64,000 bases of DNA, taken from positions 288,001 through 352,000 of the forward strand of contig CAXXFL010000004.1 in the NCBI GenBank assembly GCA_963674965.2, given 5' to 3'. The stretch comes from a bacterium (lineage in GTDB: Bacteria; RBG-13-61-14; DATKZS01). The notes beneath the pieces were generated by a model, which was not told the origin of the DNA, did not search any database, and saw only the letters and a list, made by a program, of their open reading frames with translations. Shown here one piece after another: positions 55,647 through 64,000 of this stretch. A program made the position numbers and the translations under genes. Numbering within the stretch: the first letter of the stretch is position 1; every line of letters starts with the position of its first letter.

Positions 55647-57053
55647 ATGAGGTTGATAGATATAATGAGCGGTTTTTTAAGGCCTTTGTGCTTTTCCATA
55701 GTTCTCGTTCTCGCCGTATTTCCTTTGCATGAGGCGGCCGGCGAGACGTCTTTCGCGAATGAAGGACCTGGTTTAATGGGCGATATCACCCTGCCCGGGT
55801 CCATTCAGACCGCACTCGAGAACAACCTGGACCTTAGGCTGTCCAAAAACTCGGTCGAGTCAGGCCAGATAGGCGTAAGCTCGGCGAAAAGCGTTTTCCT
55901 TCCCGACCTTAGCGCCAACGCTTCCCTGTCCGAGAAGTGGAGCGGGAAATACGACGCCGCCTCGGATCACACTGACCGCGTCTCGAGCGACTCCTTTGAC
56001 ACCAGTCTCAAATCGAGCCTTCTTCTTTTCAACGGCATGGCCAACGTGAACGGCCTTAAGAAAGCCCGCTCCGACCTTGGCGCCTCCGAGTTGGAATACG
56101 CCCGTCTTCAGGATTCGGTAATTTACGAGACGGCCTCGGCCTTTCTCCAGGTCTCGGCCGGGGGCGAGATGATCCAGGTCGCGAGGGACAGGCTGGAGAC
56201 AAAGGCCAAAGAACTCGAGCGCGTCGAGGCTTTCTACAAGAGCGGCAAAAGGCCCGTGTCCGACTTTCTGCAGCAGAAGGCCGACATAGCCCAGGCCGAG
56301 CAGGACCTTCTTGACGCCGAGCGCGACTTCGACGCGGGCAAGCTCAGCCTGCTCCAGTTGATGGGCATCCAGTCAAAAGGCGAGCTAACCTTGGCCGACC
56401 CCGGCCGGGACCGGCTGATGGAGAAGTTCCAGACCGGGCTTAAGGAGCCCGAGCTTGGCGAGGCCCTGGCCTCGAGGGCGGATTACCTGGCGCAAAAAAA
56501 GCGCCTCGAGTCGGGAGAGCTTGGATTGAAGACGGCCAAGGCCGGCAGGTGGCCCACCGTCAACCTCAGCGCGACCGCGGGCTCGAACTACTCGAGCGCC
56601 GTGGAGAACCTTGATTTCGACCGCCAGTACGGCGAGGTCAACCCCTATCTTTCGGTGGGGGTCAACGCCTCGGTCCCCATCTTCGATAAGAAATCGACCA
56701 GGAACGAGGTGGCCCAGGCCAGGACGTCATTATCCAACCAGGACATAGCGCTGAGGAGTCTCGAGCTGGAGATATCCAACCAGCTCAGGCTCGCCTGGCT
56801 CGACTACCAGAAGTCGCTCAAGGCGAGGAAGACCGCCGAGGCCAGGCTCGAGTACGCGTCCCAGGCCCTCGAGGCGGCCCGGGCCAGATACGACGTGGGC
56901 CTTATTACCTACATCGAGCTGAGTCAGGCGAGGTCGGACGAGCTCGAGGCGGCTTACAACAAGATCAAGTCCGATTACGACGTGCTTCTCGCCGGACTGA
57001 ACGTCCTTAACCAGAGCGGCGAGATAGTGGACGCTCTCGAGTGGATGGAATAA
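55647..57053 (+). CDS. TolC family outer-membrane efflux protein
   Basis: ALENNLDL, FLPDLS, WPTVNL, VPIFD, ARYDVG. Confidence 0.9.
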   Translation: MRLIDIMSGFLRPLCFSIVLVLAVFPLHEAAGETSFANEGPGLMGDITLPGSIQTALENNLDLRLSKNSVESGQIGVSSAKSVFLPDLSANASLSEKWSGKYDAASDHTDRVSSDSFDTSLKSSLLLFNGMANVNGLKKARSDLGASELEYARLQDSVIYETASAFLQVSAGGEMIQVARDRLETKAKELERVEAFYKSGKRPVSDFLQQKADIAQAEQDLLDAERDFDAGKLSLLQLMGIQSKGELTLADPGRDRLMEKFQTGLKEPELGEALASRADYLAQKKRLESGELGLKTAKAGRWPTVNLSATAGSNYSSAVENLDFDRQYGEVNPYLSVGVNASVPIFDKKSTRNEVAQARTSLSNQDIALRSLELEISNQLRLAWLDYQKSLKARKTAEARLEYASQALEAARARYDVGLITYIELSQARSDELEAAYNKIKSDYDVLLAGLNVLNQSGEIVDALEWME

Positions 57054-57072
57054 AGGGCTGAAAGGAAATCCA

Positions 57073-58317
57073 ATGAAAAAGAAAATCATCCTGGCCGCGG
57101 CGGTTTTGGTGGCGGCCTTGCTCGTGGTCCTCAAGTTCGCCGCGCCCGGACTTCAGGCTCGAGCGCCCGAGTTTAAGTTCGCCGAGCTGACAAGGGGGGA
57201 CGTGGAGGAGACCATCTCCTGCAGCGGCACGCTCAATCCCGTCAACTCGGTCGAGGTTGGCACCCAGATATCGGGCATCGTGGCCCAGGTCCTGGTCGAT
57301 TATAACGACGAGGTCAAGGAAGACCAGCTTCTGGCGGTGCTGGACACGGCCGTGCTCGAGGAGGACGTAAAGGAGGCGCGAGCCAAGCTCGACTCGGCCC
57401 AGGCCCAGTATGGCGAGGCCCTGGCCGAGTACCGGCGCCACAAGCCGCTACTTAAAAAAGGTTACGTTTCGGAGTCGGAGTTCCTTCCCATCTCGACCAG
57501 TCTGCAGACGGCCAGGTCCGGAGTCGAGACGGCCAAGGCCTCCCTCCAGCGCGCCGAGCGCAACCTGGGCTACGCGCACATCAAGTCGCCCATCGACGGC
57601 GTGGTCATATCGAGGAACGTCGAGGTCGGACAGACCATGGCCGCCAGCCTCAACGCTCCCACCTTGTTCGTGATCGCGGGCAACCTCTCGAACATGGAGA
57701 TCATCGCCCAGGTGGACGAGAGCGACGTAAGCCTGGTCAAGGAGGGCCAGGAGGTCAGGTTCGAGGTCCAGTCCTTTCCCGACCGGGACTTCCCCGGAGT
57801 GGTCGAGAAGATAAGGCTGCAGCCCGTCACCGTGTCCAACGTGGTCAACTACGAGGTGGTCATAAAAACGGCCAACGAAAAGGAACTCCTCCTTCCCGGC
57901 ATGACGGCGGAAATCGAGTTCATCGTCAAAAGCGCGAAAAACGCCCTCCTCGCCCCCAACTCGGCCCTGGCCTTCAGGCCCTCCGAGGAAATACGCGCCG
58001 AGCTCAGGAAAAGGAAAGGTCCCGGGCAAGCGGGAAAACGCCCAGCGCCGAGCGGGGAGAAAAAGGAAGCGAAAGGATCGAGCGCCTCGGGCAAAGGGAC
58101 CCTCTGGCACGTGAACGAAAAGGGAGAGATCGACATGGCCAGGGTATCTCTTGGCATGACGGACGGCTCCTTTACTCAGATAATGGAAGCGGGACGATTG
58201 AAGGAGGGCGATCCCGTGATAACGGGCCTGGCCGACTCGGAGGACTCGGGGTCCAGTTCCAAGAAATCCTTCTCCCTTCTGCCCCGCCCCAGGGGCGGAA
58301 GAGGTCCCCGGTTTTGA
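57073..58317 (+). CDS. MacA-like periplasmic adaptor
   Basis: VEVGTQISG, IKSPIDGVV, VDESD, LLPGMTA. Confidence 0.92.
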   Translation: MKKKIILAAAVLVAALLVVLKFAAPGLQARAPEFKFAELTRGDVEETISCSGTLNPVNSVEVGTQISGIVAQVLVDYNDEVKEDQLLAVLDTAVLEEDVKEARAKLDSAQAQYGEALAEYRRHKPLLKKGYVSESEFLPISTSLQTARSGVETAKASLQRAERNLGYAHIKSPIDGVVISRNVEVGQTMAASLNAPTLFVIAGNLSNMEIIAQVDESDVSLVKEGQEVRFEVQSFPDRDFPGVVEKIRLQPVTVSNVVNYEVVIKTANEKELLLPGMTAEIEFIVKSAKNALLAPNSALAFRPSEEIRAELRKRKGPGQAGKRPAPSGEKKEAKGSSASGKGTLWHVNEKGEIDMARVSLGMTDGSFTQIMEAGRLKEGDPVITGLADSEDSGSSSKKSFSLLPRPRGGRGPRF

Positions 58318-58342
58318 CGACAATGGACCCGGCGAGGCGGCC

Positions 58343-59110
58343 ATGGATAATGTAATCGAAACCAGGAAGATGACCAAGACCTACCAGATGGGAGACGTCA
58401 AGGTCGAGGCCCTGCGGGGAGTGGACCTGACCATCTCGAGGGGAGAATACGTGGCCATTATGGGGTCCTCGGGCTCGGGCAAATCCACCCTCCTCAACCT
58501 CCTGGGATGCCTGGACTCCCCCACCTCGGGCGAGTACTTCCTGGAGGGAAAGAACGTGAGCGACATGGACATGAGGGGTTACGCCGACGCCCGCAACGAG
58601 AAGATCGGGTTCGTTTTCCAGATGTTCAACCTCCTTCCCCGGACCTCTTCCATCGAGAACGTCGAGCTGCCCCTGCTCTACGACCGTTCGGGCAGGATCA
58701 AGGACCACCGCAAGGCCGCCGCCGAGGCGCTCGAGAGGGTGGGACTGGCCGACCGGGCCCATCATTTTCCCCACCAGCTCTCGGGCGGACAGCAACAGCG
58801 GGTGGCCATCGCCCGGGCCCTGGTGAACAGGCCCGCCATCATCCTGGCCGACGAGCCCACCGGCAACCTGGACACCAAGACCTCGATCGAGGTCATGGCC
58901 CTCTTCAAGGAACTCAGCGAGGAGGGCAAGACCATCGTTATCGTCACCCACGAGCCGGACATAGCGGCCCATACCAAGCGGCTGGTCGAGGTAAGGGACG
59001 GCCTTATTAACGGCGACTATGAGATAGTTGGCGGCAAGATCAGGGGCGAGCAAGCCTCGGCCGCGAGGGGAGGGATCGCCCGGTCCCTCCTCCCGGCCGA
59101 CGCCTCGTGA
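58343..59110 (+). CDS. ABC transporter ATP-binding protein (MacB/LolD-like)
   Basis: [36 protein letters not shown]. Confidence 0.95.
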   Translation: MDNVIETRKMTKTYQMGDVKVEALRGVDLTISRGEYVAIMGSSGSGKSTLLNLLGCLDSPTSGEYFLEGKNVSDMDMRGYADARNEKIGFVFQMFNLLPRTSSIENVELPLLYDRSGRIKDHRKAAAEALERVGLADRAHHFPHQLSGGQQQRVAIARALVNRPAIILADEPTGNLDTKTSIEVMALFKELSEEGKTIVIVTHEPDIAAHTKRLVEVRDGLINGDYEIVGGKIRGEQASAARGGIARSLLPADAS

Positions 59111-59126
59111 ACGAACGGGATGGAAC

Positions 59127-60347
59127 ATGAGACAGATGATCAACATGCTCAAGACGGCGGGAAAAAGCATACTTAAAAACCGCACGCGAAGCCTTCTCAC
59201 CTCGCTGGGAATCATCATCGGCATATCCTCGGTCATCGTGCTGGTCGCCATAGGGGAGGGATCGAGGGTGCAGATCGAGGGCGAGATAAACTCCCTGGGC
59301 ACCAACCTTCTGATGGTAAGGCCGGGAGGGAGGAGATCGGGCGGAGTCAGCCTGGGCGCCGGATCGATGAACAGCCTGACCTTCGACGACGTGGAGAAAA
59401 TAAAATCCAAGTCCTCCCTTATCAAGCTGGCCTCTCCGGTGGTGACCTCCAACGAGCAGATAGTGGGTGGAAGCGGAAACTGGAACACCAGAATATACGG
59501 CGTGTCGCCGGAATATTTCGAGATCAGGGACTGGGAAATCGAGCAAGGTTCTTTTTTTACCGACAAGGATTTGAAAGGCAAGAAAAAGGTCGCCCTCCTC
59601 GGCAAGACCGTGGCCGACGAGCTTTTTCCCGACCAGGACCCGACCGGGCAAAAGATCAGGATAAGGAACATCCCCTTCAAGGTGGTGGGAACGCTCAAGG
59701 GCAAGGGCCAAAGCGGCATGGGCCAGGACCAGGACGACATGATCCTGGCGCCGGCCACCACGGTGCTATACCGTCTGAAGGGCGGCCGGAACATCGACAT
59801 GATCAACCTGAGTTCGATCACCATGGACGACACTTACAAGGCGGAGGAGGAGGTGGCCTCCATTCTTCGCGATTCCCACCGCCTGAGCGCGGGACAGGAG
59901 GACGACTTCGATATCCGGAACCAGGCCGAGATTCTGGATACCATGAACGAGGTCACGGGCGTAATCACCACCCTTCTCGGGTCGATCGCGGGAGTCTCCC
60001 TTCTCGTGGGCGGAATCGGGATCATGAACATCATGCTGGTGTCGGTCACGGAAAGAACGCGGGAGATCGGCATCCGTCTTTCGGTGGGCGCCAGAAAGAG
60101 CGACATAATGATCCAGTTCCTCGTCGAGGCCATAGTGCTAAGCCTGGTGGGAGGACTTATAGGCGTCCTGCTTGCCCTGGCCATCACCGGGATACTTAAC
60201 GCCTATTCATCCATCAACGCCGTGATCCAGATGAAGATAATTCTCATCTCCTTTTTGTTCTCCGGGGCGGTGGGCGTATTCTTCGGTTATTACCCCGCCA
60301 GGAAGGCGTCTTCTTTAAATCCCATCGACGCTCTAAGATATGAATGA
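59127..60347 (+). CDS. MacB-like ABC permease
   Basis: RSLLTSLGIIIG, GGIGIMNIMLVSVTERTREIGIR, PARKASSLNPIDALRYE. Confidence 0.95.
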   Translation: MRQMINMLKTAGKSILKNRTRSLLTSLGIIIGISSVIVLVAIGEGSRVQIEGEINSLGTNLLMVRPGGRRSGGVSLGAGSMNSLTFDDVEKIKSKSSLIKLASPVVTSNEQIVGGSGNWNTRIYGVSPEYFEIRDWEIEQGSFFTDKDLKGKKKVALLGKTVADELFPDQDPTGQKIRIRNIPFKVVGTLKGKGQSGMGQDQDDMILAPATTVLYRLKGGRNIDMINLSSITMDDTYKAEEEVASILRDSHRLSAGQEDDFDIRNQAEILDTMNEVTGVITTLLGSIAGVSLLVGGIGIMNIMLVSVTERTREIGIRLSVGARKSDIMIQFLVEAIVLSLVGGLIGVLLALAITGILNAYSSINAVIQMKIILISFLFSGAVGVFFGYYPARKASSLNPIDALRYE

Positions 60348-60584
60348 CGTATAGCCGTCCGGGTCGGCTCGTAATCTTGTGCATATATTTGCCCGGATAC
60401 CGGCAATTTTCGCGCGGGCTTGTTATTCGCCCGTTAAATCTCCATTTAAGATATATACCATCATCACTTACAAGAAAGAACATTTGACAAAAGGGAAAAT
60501 AAATGCTAAATGAAAACCGCCGAGGAAATATTCGCGTATTCATCCTGGTAAATATGTTTAAATTGTTGGTTTACAAGGCAAATC

Positions 60585-61526
60585 ATGAACTTTCAGGACC
60601 TGATCCTCACGCTGCAAAACTACTTTGCAAAAAGGGGATGTCTAATCGTACAACCTTATGATATCGAAGTCGGAGCGGGAACTTTCAACCCCTCGACTTT
60701 TCTTCGCTCGATCGGGCCCGAGCCGTGGAACGCGGCTTACGTCGAGCCTTCCCGGCGTCCAACTGACGGAAGATACGGAGAAAATCCCAATCGTCTCCAG
60801 CATTACTATCAGTTTCAGGCCATCATGAAGCCATCGCCCCCGGATATCCAGGACATATATCTGGACAGCCTCAGGGCCATCGGCGTAGACCCTTGCGCCC
60901 ATGACGTGCGCTTCGTGGAGGACGACTGGGAATCTCCCACTTTAGGCGCCTGGGGCCTGGGCTGGGAAGTGTGGGTGGACGGCATGGAATGCACCCAGTT
61001 CACCTACTTCCAGCAATGCGGGGGCATCGACCTCTCGCCCATCTCCGTCGAGCTCACCTACGGGCTCGAGCGCATCTGCATGTACCTGCAGGACGTGGAC
61101 AACGTTTACGACCTGGCCTGGAACGACGAGTTCTCCTATGGGGACGTGCATCACCGCGGCGAGGTCGAGTGGAGCGGGTACAACTTCGAGAAGGCCGACG
61201 TTGACTCCCTTTTCCGGCATTTCGACGACTGGGAAAAAGAGAGTATCAGGCTCGCCGACCTGGGACTTGTCCTGCCCGCTTACGACGCCTGTCTCAAGTG
61301 CTCACACGCCTTCAACCTCCTCGACGCCAGGGGCGCCATCAGCGTGACCGAAAGGGTGACGAGGATACTCAGGGTCAGGGACCTGGCCGGAAGCTGCGCC
61401 CGCCTGTGGGAAAGGCAGCGCTACGATCTGGGCTTTCCCCTCATCAAGGAAGCGAAGGAAAAAGCCGACTGGCTTCAAAAGTACGAGGGAAAATTCGGGG
61501 ATAAGGAGCAGGAAAATGGGAAATGA
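60585..61526 (+). CDS. glyQ: Glycine--tRNA ligase alpha subunit
   Basis: [39 protein letters not shown]. Confidence 0.98.
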   Translation: MNFQDLILTLQNYFAKRGCLIVQPYDIEVGAGTFNPSTFLRSIGPEPWNAAYVEPSRRPTDGRYGENPNRLQHYYQFQAIMKPSPPDIQDIYLDSLRAIGVDPCAHDVRFVEDDWESPTLGAWGLGWEVWVDGMECTQFTYFQQCGGIDLSPISVELTYGLERICMYLQDVDNVYDLAWNDEFSYGDVHHRGEVEWSGYNFEKADVDSLFRHFDDWEKESIRLADLGLVLPAYDACLKCSHAFNLLDARGAISVTERVTRILRVRDLAGSCARLWERQRYDLGFPLIKEAKEKADWLQKYEGKFGDKEQENGK

Positions 61527-63630
61527 CCTTATCCTCGAGATCGGCTGCGAGGAAATCCCGGCCCGTTTCCTCGGTCCCTCCCTCGAGCGGCTGAGGGACA
61601 AAACCGCCGCCGCCCTGGACAAGGCCAGGCTCTCAAGAGGAGAGATCGAGACCCTGGGAACTCCCCGCCGCCTGGCGGTCATCGTAAGGGACCTGGCCGA
61701 GGCCCAGGAGAACTGGGAGGAGAAAAAAACCGGCCCCCTCCTCAAGCAGGCCTTCGCCGAGGACGGTTCTCCCACCAAGGCCGCCATAGGGTTCGCCAGG
61801 TCCTGCGGCGCCTCGGTCGAGGAACTCGGGAGGGAGGACTCCCCCAAGGGCGAGAAGCTGGTATTCGTGAAAAAGGTGGAAGGAAGGAAAGCCGGCCAGG
61901 TGCTGCCCGAGCTTCTGCCTGAAATAATCTCGTCGCTCGAGTTTCCCAAATCCATGAGATGGGGAAAGGGAGAGATGACCTTCGCCCGTCCCATCCACTG
62001 GATACTGGCCATGCTGGGCGATAAAACCGTTTCCCTCGAGCTTGGCGGACTTCAGTCGGGCAACTCGAGCCGGGGGCATCGGTTCACTCATCCCGATCCC
62101 TTCTCGGTGAAAGGAGCGGGTGATTACGTCTCGAGCCTTATGGAGCGGGACGTCCTCGTGGACCCGGCCGCGCGGCGGGAGATCATCGTCAGGGAGGCGA
62201 GCAAAAAGGCCAAGGAACTTGGCGGCGAGCTGGCGCCCGATCCCGGTCTCATCGGCGAGGTATCGAACCTGGTCGAGCGGCCGGTGGTGATAGCGGGCAA
62301 GTTCGACGACAAATACCTCTCCCTTCCCCCCGAGGTGACCGTCTCCTGCATGCGGACTCACCAGAAGTATTTCGCGGTGAGAAAGCCCGGCTCGGAAAAG
62401 GAGCTTTTGCCCTATTTCATCGCCGTGGCCAACACTCCGGCCAAAGACATGGGAGTCATCGTGAAGGGCAACGAGCGGGTGCTCGAGGCCAGGCTGGCCG
62501 ACGCCGAGTTCTATTGGGACGAGGACCTTAAGACCGGGCTCGAGCGGATGAAGGAAAAGACCTCGGGCATGGTCTTTTTCAAGACCCTCGGTTCCTACGC
62601 CGACAAGATGGAGAGGACCGCGAAAATATGCGAGCGCCTGGCCCTCGAGCTTTTCCCCGACGACGCGTCCATCCGGGACGCGGCGGTCAAGGCGGCCCAG
62701 TATTCCAAGGCCGACCTGGTCAGCCAGATGGTAGGCGAGTTCCCCGAGCTTCAGGGCGTGATGGGAGGCGAGTACGCCCTGGCCGCCGGCCTGGACAGGG
62801 ACGCGGCCGAGGCCATCCGCGACCAGTACCTTCCCCGCTCGGCCGAGGACGTGGCCCAGGGCAATTACGCCCTGACCCCCGCGGGCGACGCGCTGAGCGC
62901 CGCCGACAAGATCGACTCCCTGGTGGCCTGCTGGGCCGCGGGCCTGGCCCCCAGCGGCTCGGGCGACCCCTTCGCCCTCCGCCGGCAGGCCCAGGGCGTG
63001 GTGAACCTCATCCTGGCCAAGGGCTACGCGGCCAACCTGGCCGGCCTGGTCGAGCTGGCGGCGGGCCTTCTGCCCGAGGGCCTCAAGATCGCCGGCGAGG
63101 AACTGGCGAAACAAGTGCTCGACTTCATCCTCACCAGGGTCCGCGTCCAGCTTATCGAGTCCGGCTACGCCTACGACGTGGTCGACGCCTGCCTCGCGGT
63201 CTTCAATGGAGACCTTGTAACCACCATGCAAAAGATAGAGGCGGTCTCGAGGCTCAAGGAAAGGGAGGACTTCGACGACTTGATGCTCGCCTTCCGCCGG
63301 GTCATGAACATCATCGAGGGACAACCCGGCATGGTCGAGAGCGACGCCTTCGAGCACCAGAGCGAGGCGGTCCTCTACAGCGAGTACACCAGGGTCCAGA
63401 TTCGCGTCGAGCCCCTCTTGTCGGTGGGCAAATACGACGACGCCCTCGAGTTCATGGCCAGCCTCAAACCGGCGGTCGATAAATTTTTTGACGATGTGAT
63501 GGTAAACGTTGACGACGAGCGGCTGAGAAGGAACCGGCACGCCATCTGCTCGGTAATCGCCTCCCTGTTCAAGGAAGTGGCGGACTTCTCGCTCATCGTC
63601 GTCCAGGGCGACAAGGCGGGCGGCGGATAA
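61516..63630 (+). CDS. glyS: Glycine--tRNA ligase beta subunit
   Basis: [45 protein letters not shown]. Confidence 0.97.
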   Translation: MGNDLILEIGCEEIPARFLGPSLERLRDKTAAALDKARLSRGEIETLGTPRRLAVIVRDLAEAQENWEEKKTGPLLKQAFAEDGSPTKAAIGFARSCGASVEELGREDSPKGEKLVFVKKVEGRKAGQVLPELLPEIISSLEFPKSMRWGKGEMTFARPIHWILAMLGDKTVSLELGGLQSGNSSRGHRFTHPDPFSVKGAGDYVSSLMERDVLVDPAARREIIVREASKKAKELGGELAPDPGLIGEVSNLVERPVVIAGKFDDKYLSLPPEVTVSCMRTHQKYFAVRKPGSEKELLPYFIAVANTPAKDMGVIVKGNERVLEARLADAEFYWDEDLKTGLERMKEKTSGMVFFKTLGSYADKMERTAKICERLALELFPDDASIRDAAVKAAQYSKADLVSQMVGEFPELQGVMGGEYALAAGLDRDAAEAIRDQYLPRSAEDVAQGNYALTPAGDALSAADKIDSLVACWAAGLAPSGSGDPFALRRQAQGVVNLILAKGYAANLAGLVELAAGLLPEGLKIAGEELAKQVLDFILTRVRVQLIESGYAYDVVDACLAVFNGDLVTTMQKIEAVSRLKEREDFDDLMLAFRRVMNIIEGQPGMVESDAFEHQSEAVLYSEYTRVQIRVEPLLSVGKYDDALEFMASLKPAVDKFFDDVMVNVDDERLRRNRHAICSVIASLFKEVADFSLIVVQGDKAGGG

Positions 63631-63672
63631 AGCGATCGAGGCCTTGCATCATCGGCACGGAAGGAGAGGAAA

Positions 63673-64000
63673 GTGAGCAAGAAATTCGTATATTTCTTTG
63701 GCGGGTCAAAGGCCGAGGGCGACGCTTCGATGAAGGAGTTGCTCGGCGGAAAAGGCGCCAACCTGGCCGAGATGGTCAACCTCGGCATGCCGGTGCCTCC
63801 CGGTTTTACCATTACCACCGAGGTCTGCACTTATTTCATGCAGAAGCAGAAGTATCCGCCGGCGATGAAGGAGGAGATCAAGGAGGCCCTGGCCCGGGTC
63901 GAGGAGATCATGGACGCCAGGTTCGGCGACACCTACAACCCCCTTCTCGTCAGCGTCAGGTCCGGCGCCCGTCAGAGCATGCCTGGAATGATGGACACGG
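63673..64000 (+). CDS. ppdK: Pyruvate, phosphate dikinase (N-terminal part, runs off window)
   Basis: GTG 63673: [54 protein letters not shown]. Confidence 0.96.
   Translation, partial: MSKKFVYFFGGSKAEGDASMKELLGGKGANLAEMVNLGMPVPPGFTITTEVCTYFMQKQKYPPAMKEEIKEALARVEEIMDARFGDTYNPLLVSVRSGARQSMPGMMDT

Overview
GC-rich bacterial chromosomal segment. Gene content and synteny (lptE-holA-rpsT, cooC, glyQ-glyS-ppdK, sigma54 regulators) suggest a Deltaproteobacteria/Desulfobacterota-like Gram-negative anaerobe; this is an inference. Most of the window is housekeeping and envelope genes (holA, rpsT, era, cdsA, aroB, glgA, a MacAB-TolC-type system, glyQS, ppdK). The most interesting signal is three giant acidic, probably secreted proteins (<1-1068, 1121-7240, 36750-42923). 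All three share a dockerin-like duplicated Ca-loop module with a conserved 'PLD' motif, followed by a related Ig-like domain. One also carries an N-terminal cohesin-like domain and a second dockerin of a different type, and none has a recognisable glycoside hydrolase. The largest has a near-consensus sigma54 promoter, a strong terminator, eight 83-aa Cys-rich tandem repeats, a glycosyltransferase cluster directly downstream, and a divergent TPR/beta-barrel (Slam/T11SS-like) + FecR + lipoprotein operon. Together these suggest a non-cellulosomal cohesin-dockerin cell-surface scaffold. Other observations: an AT-rich island with a decayed IS66 and three tandem diversified secreted paralogues (immunity-array-like), a REPIN-like palindrome, and three proteins with altered catalytic or phospho-acceptor residues (AsnB-like, Asd-like, pseudo-receiver bEBP). 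No rRNA, tRNA or CRISPR array was seen. All domain calls are by eye, without database searches.
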